Origin: Pirellulales bacterium
GTDB lineage: Bacteria > Planctomycetota > Planctomycetia > Pirellulales > PALSA-1355
NCBI GenBank assembly: GCA_963733035.1
Contig: CAVTBU010000006.1
Coordinates: forward strand, 32,001 to 96,000
Direction: 5' to 3'
DNA: 64,000 bases
This document shows, piece after piece, positions 58,480 through 64,000 of the stretch (its first letter is position 1; every line of letters starts with the position of its first letter). Position numbers and translations under genes: made by a program. The notes beneath the pieces were generated by a model. It was not told the DNA's origin, made no database searches, and saw nothing but the letters and a program-made list of their open reading frames with translations.

Positions 58480-60903
58480 TTAGCGTAGCGGATTGTCGCG
58501 ATCCGTCGATTCATCGCGGGTTTGACCATCGACAGCGAGCTTGTTGCCGGAGAAGATCAGCACGCTCGCGCCGCTGCTATTGCGGATTCGCATGGCGCCC
58601 AGCCCTGCAGTTGCTCTTTCGCCGACATCCTTCAATGCGATTTCGGGCACGGTCACTTGACGGCGTCCGCTACGTAATCGGGCTGGCTCCGTGGCGTCAC
58701 TGTCGCTGGCCAGTACGGCGTCCACGGTCGGCTGGGTGACGACCTCGGGTGAGTGATCTTCAGTCATTCTGGGCGTTGCCGCCAGCGAGCGCGACATTGG
58801 CTCGGCGATCGATACATCCGGATGCGGGACTGATTCGACTTCGCTCTCCACAATATCCATCGGTATCGGTGGCGGCCGCCGCACAACTTGCTTTTCGACG
58901 GCCGGAACATCATACATCGGGGGTGCAGGCGGAGCGTCATGATGGGCCGGTTCGTGTTTCGAGCCTGGCAGCTTGGTCAATTCGTTGATGGCCCGTAGCG
59001 GCCGGAAGAGTCCGGCCGTCAAATCCTGCAAAGTGAGCTTGCGATAGCCTTTTCTCTTCGCTGGCCGCGCTGCCTGGTGCGTTGCCCCGTGGTGCGGCTG
59101 CTGCACTTGAGGTTTTCGCGCGACCGTGTCGGCGGGATTCTCCTCCCGGACAATTGACGCGTCGAATGAGTCGACGGCGTCTGCTTCGCATTTTTCTGAG
59201 CGAGCGATTTTGCGATGGCTGACGTCGCAGCTGTCCTGCTGGCATTTCTTGCATGTGCACTCGCTGCGCGATACGTATTCAACGGCAGGAGCGTAATACG
59301 ACCGCGCGGAGGCGAGATCGTGCGGCGACGCAATATGGGATTCGGTCGTGACCGACGATGCCGCAATCGGAGCATCTGTCGCATCGGAATCGACGGCAAC
59401 TTGCTTGACGCGTGAGACCATTGCCATCAAGTTTGGCAGGATGGCCTTTTCGTTGGTCATTGCTTTGGGTGTGCTGGCCGGCGCAGGTACTGCGTCCGGC
59501 GTAGACATCTGGGACTGGCCCCCAGATTGGGCAACAGCACTCGTTTCCAATTTTCGCGACCCGCGACCAAAAAGTGCGGGTGAAAGTAGCGCCCGGTGCC
59601 TTGCCTGGCGATCACCTTGGGAAGTCACCGGCGCCGAGGTAACGGGCTTGGTCGGTTCCGACGGACTGATCGCTGCCGATGAGTTCGAGTTTGACGAATT
59701 GCCCCCGCTCGCTGCCTGTTCATCGACCATCACCGGTGTCGTCTCGACCGGCATCACTTTCTTGTCCGGCGACGCCGTCTCGGCGTTGACCAATGTGGCG
59801 CGTGGTGAACCCTTCGCCCGCCACTTCAGGTCTGGCCCCTTTTCGACTCGAGGAGCCGACTTGACTTGTGCCAAGGTTGGGGCCGCCGGCGGCGTTTCGC
59901 CCGCTGCTTCTATCGCGGGCATTTTGTCAGCTATTGAAATGGAACTTGCATCTGCAACGGGCTGAGCAAGCGTGGGGACTGGCGCGACCGGCGTTGTCTC
60001 TGCTGGCTTTCGTCCGAATGCAAACAGGGCTCGCGGCTTGGATCCATCGTTCACTTGTGCGACCGGAGCCGGTGTTGTCTGCGACCTGGCGAACAGCGCC
60101 CGCGGTTGTTGGGAGTTGTCCGCGGCAACGGGGGGGCGTCGGTCCGACGGTGCGAGCAACGCCTTGTATTCCTGAGCAACGGGCTGGGCCGCGCGCTGCG
60201 AGCGTGCAAACAAAGCCTTCGATGAAGACTGCATTTGGACGTTTTGATTCTCCGTGGTGGGCGGCTCGCTGCTCGAACCATCCGTTTCGCTCATGACCGA
60301 CTTAGCGAATTTGGGCCACGTAAACAAGCCGCTGCTCTCGCCACGGCCGAGCGGGTTGCGAGATTGAACCGGCCAGAACTCGCCGGGCACTTCCGGACTG
60401 ATTTCGCGGGGGGCGAAGTTGACCGTACCGGGTTGCACGCCGCCGGGCATCACGATGATTATCGGGGACTGACCCGCCGTGACAGGTAATTGCGTCGCCA
60501 ACAGCTGTGCTTGGGCAACGGTCGACGCCGGCACCGCGGTTTCAATCCGCGAACCGCTTGGAAGTTCGGCGGGCGCAACGCCTGCGACGGGCACGACCGG
60601 CGACTGCCCTAGAACCAGCGACGTAGGCGGTAGTGGAGTGCTCGTTGTCGGGCGCGCCTCTGCCAGCGGCTGACGGTTCAGGATCGAACCGGGTGGAATC
60701 AACGCCCGCTGGGGAGCTTCGTCGACGTGTTGGGGTTGGTCATCCGATTTCTCACCGGGCTTCAAGCGAGACATCAGGCTATCGAGTTGAAGGAGCGCCT
60801 TCCGCGGCTTGGGCGTCGTTTGAGCGTTTAGCGGCGCGCACGCCAAGCCCAACAGGAGGGCCGAACCCACGATGACGCACTGCTTGGTGAAGGAGTGGTG
60901 CAT
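58480..60903 (-). CDS. Hypothetical secreted Pro/Ala/Ser/Thr-rich protein
   Basis: ORF of about 807 aa filling the gap between two genes; signal peptide (VIVGSALLLGLACAPLNA); no domain recognised. Confidence 0.65.
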   Translation of the reverse strand: MHHSFTKQCVIVGSALLLGLACAPLNAQTTPKPRKALLQLDSLMSRLKPGEKSDDQPQHVDEAPQRALIPPGSILNRQPLAEARPTTSTPLPPTSLVLGQSPVVPVAGVAPAELPSGSRIETAVPASTVAQAQLLATQLPVTAGQSPIIIVMPGGVQPGTVNFAPREISPEVPGEFWPVQSRNPLGRGESSGLFTWPKFAKSVMSETDGSSSEPPTTENQNVQMQSSSKALFARSQRAAQPVAQEYKALLAPSDRRPPVAADNSQQPRALFARSQTTPAPVAQVNDGSKPRALFAFGRKPAETTPVAPVPTLAQPVADASSISIADKMPAIEAAGETPPAAPTLAQVKSAPRVEKGPDLKWRAKGSPRATLVNAETASPDKKVMPVETTPVMVDEQAASGGNSSNSNSSAAISPSEPTKPVTSAPVTSQGDRQARHRALLSPALFGRGSRKLETSAVAQSGGQSQMSTPDAVPAPASTPKAMTNEKAILPNLMAMVSRVKQVAVDSDATDAPIAASSVTTESHIASPHDLASARSYYAPAVEYVSRSECTCKKCQQDSCDVSHRKIARSEKCEADAVDSFDASIVREENPADTVARKPQVQQPHHGATHQAARPAKRKGYRKLTLQDLTAGLFRPLRAINELTKLPGSKHEPAHHDAPPAPPMYDVPAVEKQVVRRPPPIPMDIVESEVESVPHPDVSIAEPMSRSLAATPRMTEDHSPEVVTQPTVDAVLASDSDATEPARLRSGRRQVTVPEIALKDVGERATAGLGAMRIRNSSGASVLIFSGNKLAVDGQTRDESTDRDNPLR

Positions 60904-61149
60904 GACCGTCCCACGCGAATGAATTGGCGATTTGTGTCGATTCAGGGTTTCGTATCGCTCGCGGTGTTGTTGCCCGCTACGCAACCCTTCCTAGGCAAGT
61001 ATTCGGGTATTAACGGCTGCAACGCGCGTTTAATCGGCATGCCTGGAACAGTCGCCGAAAGCGGCAGGGATTGCCGGACACGGAAAGTCTACTTGGACTT
61101 CCCAGGTTGACTGTCTGTCTCCGATTTGCCTGCTAGTGTCTTCCGCTAG

Positions 61150-62736
61150 CTAGCTGACCAGACCAAGCACTCCAAGATGCTTGAGGGCCGCGTCGAGCGA
61201 CTCTTGTCGCGAGCGGCCGCCATTGATGGCGTACGTGACAGCAGCTGTCTCGTCGCTGACGGGTTCCCAGGCTCTCGCGGCCGCCTGATAGATCGCCCAA
61301 TCGGCGTCGGAGGCATCATTTTCTCGTTGCGTCAGCCGCTGTTGGATGGTCTGCGAATCGGTCTCGCACCGGAACAAGGCGAGGGGGACCTTCCATCGCT
61401 TGGCCGCGGCCAGAAACGTACAGCGGCGCGCGTCTTCTCGAAAGCTAGCGTCGACGATCACGCGGCGTCCTTCGAACAATAATGTTTCGGCGCGCCGCAG
61501 GCATTCCGCATAGGTCCGCTCGTTCCACGCATCGCTATAGGTCCCGGTGCCAAAGGGATGCGGTTCGTTTGCTGTTTCGTCCTGACCGCTGAGCTGCTTT
61601 CGAACGACGTCGGAGCGAATCAACCCGCAAGATGCCTGCGCGGCAAGCTCGGCCGCCAGCGTCGATTTACCGCTACCGGGGAGACCACTGATCAGAATCA
61701 GGCACGGTCGCCGGTCGGGCGGTTCTAATTCACCTAGCGCCAGTAGCCAATAGCCTCGGGCTCGCTGGCGAGACTCTTCACGATCCTTCGCCGAGACTTC
61801 TGACTCTGCCTGTTTGAGTCCTTCCACCTTGCCACGTACAGCTGCTCGATAGGCGACGTAGAACGACAGCAACTGGCGACCTTCGTTGTCTCCGGCGGCG
61901 TCGAAATAGGCGTTTGTGAACACGTCGGCCAGGTCGCAGGCACCGTCAAACTTGAGATCCATCGCCAGGAACGCGACGTCCGCGACAGGGTCGGCGAAGC
62001 GAAACGCCTCATTGAACTCAATACAATCGATGACCAACGTCTTTGAGTTGTTACCATTGTCTAGAAAGTACACGTGATCGGTGCGCAAGTCGCCATGCGT
62101 ATCGCAGGGTACGTTGCGGGCGGCTCGCGATTCGATTAGGTCTGCATGCCGCGTGAGCGATTGATCTGTTAGCTCGCTCAGTCGATCAAACACTGCGAGA
62201 CTGATCGTTTTTCCAATTTGTGCTTGGGAGTCGACGAAGTTGGCTCGGGCGTTTGAGGCGACTACCTTCAGACGTCCGAATGTGGAGATTCGCTCGTCTC
62301 GCTCGGCGTTCGCATGAAACTGAGCAATTGTGCGGGCTAGCTCCTGCATCTGTGCGGGATGCACGATGCCGCGGCTCAACCGACTTTCGAGCGTGGCATC
62401 GTCGGGTAGCCGACGCATTTGCACGACCCATTCGACCGGATCGCCTACGCCGCCGAACTTCAAGCCGCTGCCTTGTTGAACGATGGGCACAACTCCCTCG
62501 TACACTTCGCGGGCCAGCCGCGCGTTGAGCCGCACCTCTTCTTCGCAGAAGTGTCGCCGCTTCTCGAGCGAGCTGAAGTCAAGAAAGCTCAACTTGACCG
62601 GCTTTTTGATTTTAAAAACCTGTTCGCCAGCCAGGAAGACGACTGAGATATGTGTCTGTCGCACTTCGACCGACGGGACGTGCGTGGGGTACGCGGCCGG
62701 ATCCGAGAGCGCGTCGATCAATCGGCGTAGATTCAT
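61150..62736 (-). CDS. Bifunctional aminoglycoside-phosphotransferase-like / P-loop (AAA_33) kinase protein (Rv2004c-like)
   Basis: QTHIS, KIKKPV...DFS, EEVRLN, HGDL, DCIEFN, D.AFLAMDL; GLPGSGKST, RSDVVRK, DASF, SDAD. Confidence 0.88.
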   Translation of the reverse strand: MNLRRLIDALSDPAAYPTHVPSVEVRQTHISVVFLAGEQVFKIKKPVKLSFLDFSSLEKRRHFCEEEVRLNARLAREVYEGVVPIVQQGSGLKFGGVGDPVEWVVQMRRLPDDATLESRLSRGIVHPAQMQELARTIAQFHANAERDERISTFGRLKVVASNARANFVDSQAQIGKTISLAVFDRLSELTDQSLTRHADLIESRAARNVPCDTHGDLRTDHVYFLDNGNNSKTLVIDCIEFNEAFRFADPVADVAFLAMDLKFDGACDLADVFTNAYFDAAGDNEGRQLLSFYVAYRAAVRGKVEGLKQAESEVSAKDREESRQRARGYWLLALGELEPPDRRPCLILISGLPGSGKSTLAAELAAQASCGLIRSDVVRKQLSGQDETANEPHPFGTGTYSDAWNERTYAECLRRAETLLFEGRRVIVDASFREDARRCTFLAAAKRWKVPLALFRCETDSQTIQQRLTQRENDASDADWAIYQAAARAWEPVSDETAAVTYAINGGRSRQESLDAALKHLGVLGLVS

Positions 62737-62813
62737 GGGAGAGTCCTTGCGTGCGAACTCTCATCTAAACAGATATTGCCCGAGCGATGAAGAGTCTAAA
62801 GCGAGCTCAATCG

Positions 62814-63848
62814 CTATTGACCGGTCGGCGGCGGGGGCAGGGCGAGTGTTGGGCTGGCCGGTGGAACCTGCTGTTCAATGTAGTCGCGGAGCAACGCGTA
62901 TGTGTTTCTGAACTCGGGACGCGAGACGAGCGCCTCGTAGCTGGATGATTGCATGACGCGATCGTAACGAGCGAGCGACTCCTGCAACGACGCCAGCGCG
63001 GGCGGTTTGTCGCCACCGAAGATTTCTGGCGGCAGAGCCAAGTACTCGCGCCATTGTTGGCTGACAATTCCATACAGCTGTTTGGCATTGGCCGCCAATT
63101 GATCACGAACGTTCGCTACGACCGGCATGGGCGTGGTCGTTGTGTCGGCCACGACGGTCGGCTGGAGACTCGGGGGCTGCAGTCTTGCCGTGTCGGTCAG
63201 TGCGACGAGGTCCTGCACGAGCTTCATGGCCGACTCTGGAATCCGTGCGGGTTGTTGTCCAATCGGCGCTCCGTAATACATTTCCTGGGCGACGGGATCC
63301 ATTTCGATGGCCGAACCGTCGAGTGATACGCCGGCAAACAACCCACGGCTGCGCGAGTAGGAAAGTATCTCGGCCTTGAGTCGCGCGTCGGTCGCGGCCG
63401 CCGCGTTTCGCCCGACGGGTCCGGCCGCTGCCGAGGCATCCGCGCCGATCGTAAATTTGCCGTTCAGTAGCCCCTCGACGCTCTTCTTTGTGCTGAATAC
63501 CAAGACGACGTCGGTGCCCTGTATGCCGGCTTGCCACCCCACGCTGCCACCGGTGAGCGTGACGAACTGCGGCAGGGTCCAGGCCCCGTTGGCATCGCGC
63601 ACCAGCACGACACCGTGGCCTCGTCGTACCGCGGCCACGAACCCGATTTTGATCACGTCGGGGATGATCGCCACGCCCTGCGCGTTGGCCAGCAGCGCCT
63701 CGGGAATTCGCTTGCCAGGGATCGTCGTTTGTTCGCGAAGGATTTCGTCGGCCGTAAGGACCGTGGCCTCAGGGTCCAGGGCACCGGCTATGGCAGGCAG
63801 GATGAGCAGCGACCCGGCCGCAACTGAAAACAAGACGAACCATCGCAT
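62814..63848 (-). CDS. Secreted Ysc84/SYLF lipid-binding domain protein
   Basis: IPEALLANAQGVAIIP, GGSVGWQAG...DVVLVF, GADASAAAGPVGR, YSRSRGLFAGVSLDG. Confidence 0.88.
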   Translation of the reverse strand: MRWFVLFSVAAGSLLILPAIAGALDPEATVLTADEILREQTTIPGKRIPEALLANAQGVAIIPDVIKIGFVAAVRRGHGVVLVRDANGAWTLPQFVTLTGGSVGWQAGIQGTDVVLVFSTKKSVEGLLNGKFTIGADASAAAGPVGRNAAAATDARLKAEILSYSRSRGLFAGVSLDGSAIEMDPVAQEMYYGAPIGQQPARIPESAMKLVQDLVALTDTARLQPPSLQPTVVADTTTTPMPVVANVRDQLAANAKQLYGIVSQQWREYLALPPEIFGGDKPPALASLQESLARYDRVMQSSSYEALVSRPEFRNTYALLRDYIEQQVPPASPTLALPPPPTGQ

Positions 63849-64000
63849 GCGTGACGCTCCTAGGGTGGGAAAACCGGCAGGCTCGATGCTGTTCTAGCCG
63901 CAACGGCGACTTGCGAGCAATCTCGATTTCACGCGGTAGTTCCAATTCCACCACTTTGCCAGTATTGCTAGCTAGCCGAACTGGGCGGTGACGCGTTACA

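Overview
GC-rich, gene-dense chromosomal window, very likely from a planctomycete (Pirellulales-like). The evidence is two DUF1501 + PSCyt (DUF1549/DUF1553) gene pairs, proteins with the LExRxLL 'planctomycete extracellular' N-terminal motif, and large Ser/Thr kinases. I found no rRNA, tRNA, CRISPR array or mobile element. Main blocks: (1) hydrolases and a DUF1501/PSCyt pair (1-6.8 kb). (2) A signalling cluster with a Ser/Thr kinase fused to a tubulin/FtsZ-like (Tubulin_2) domain, a degenerate FHA-EAL protein, a degenerate REC-GGDEF-CBS protein and an AAA+ ATPase (6.9-14.7 kb). (3) A GntR-led PSCyt/DUF1501 operon (14.9-20.4 kb). (4) The best candidate for an undescribed system, a ~21 kb export-like locus (20.6-41.3 kb): TolC, GAF-HlyD, HlyD and a PqqD-like/M50 protease/HlyD fusion, with no ABC or RND pump in the window. 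Beside it lie a lipoprotein, two LExRxLL-leader extracellular proteins (an 8x PKD-repeat protein and a zinc metalloprotease) and a membrane WD40 kinase. (5) A PEP-CTERM protein and a gnd-zwf-rpiA-phosphatase-ROK-pgi-DUF2090-GDPD sugar-phosphate operon. (6) A redoxin/heme c/copper-monooxygenase fusion, an SDR, an EF-hand protein with a two-component system, an orphan secreted protein, an APH/AAA_33 kinase and a SYLF protein. Four genes carry five small frameshifts that may be assembly errors. All functional calls come from reading motifs by eye, not from database searches.
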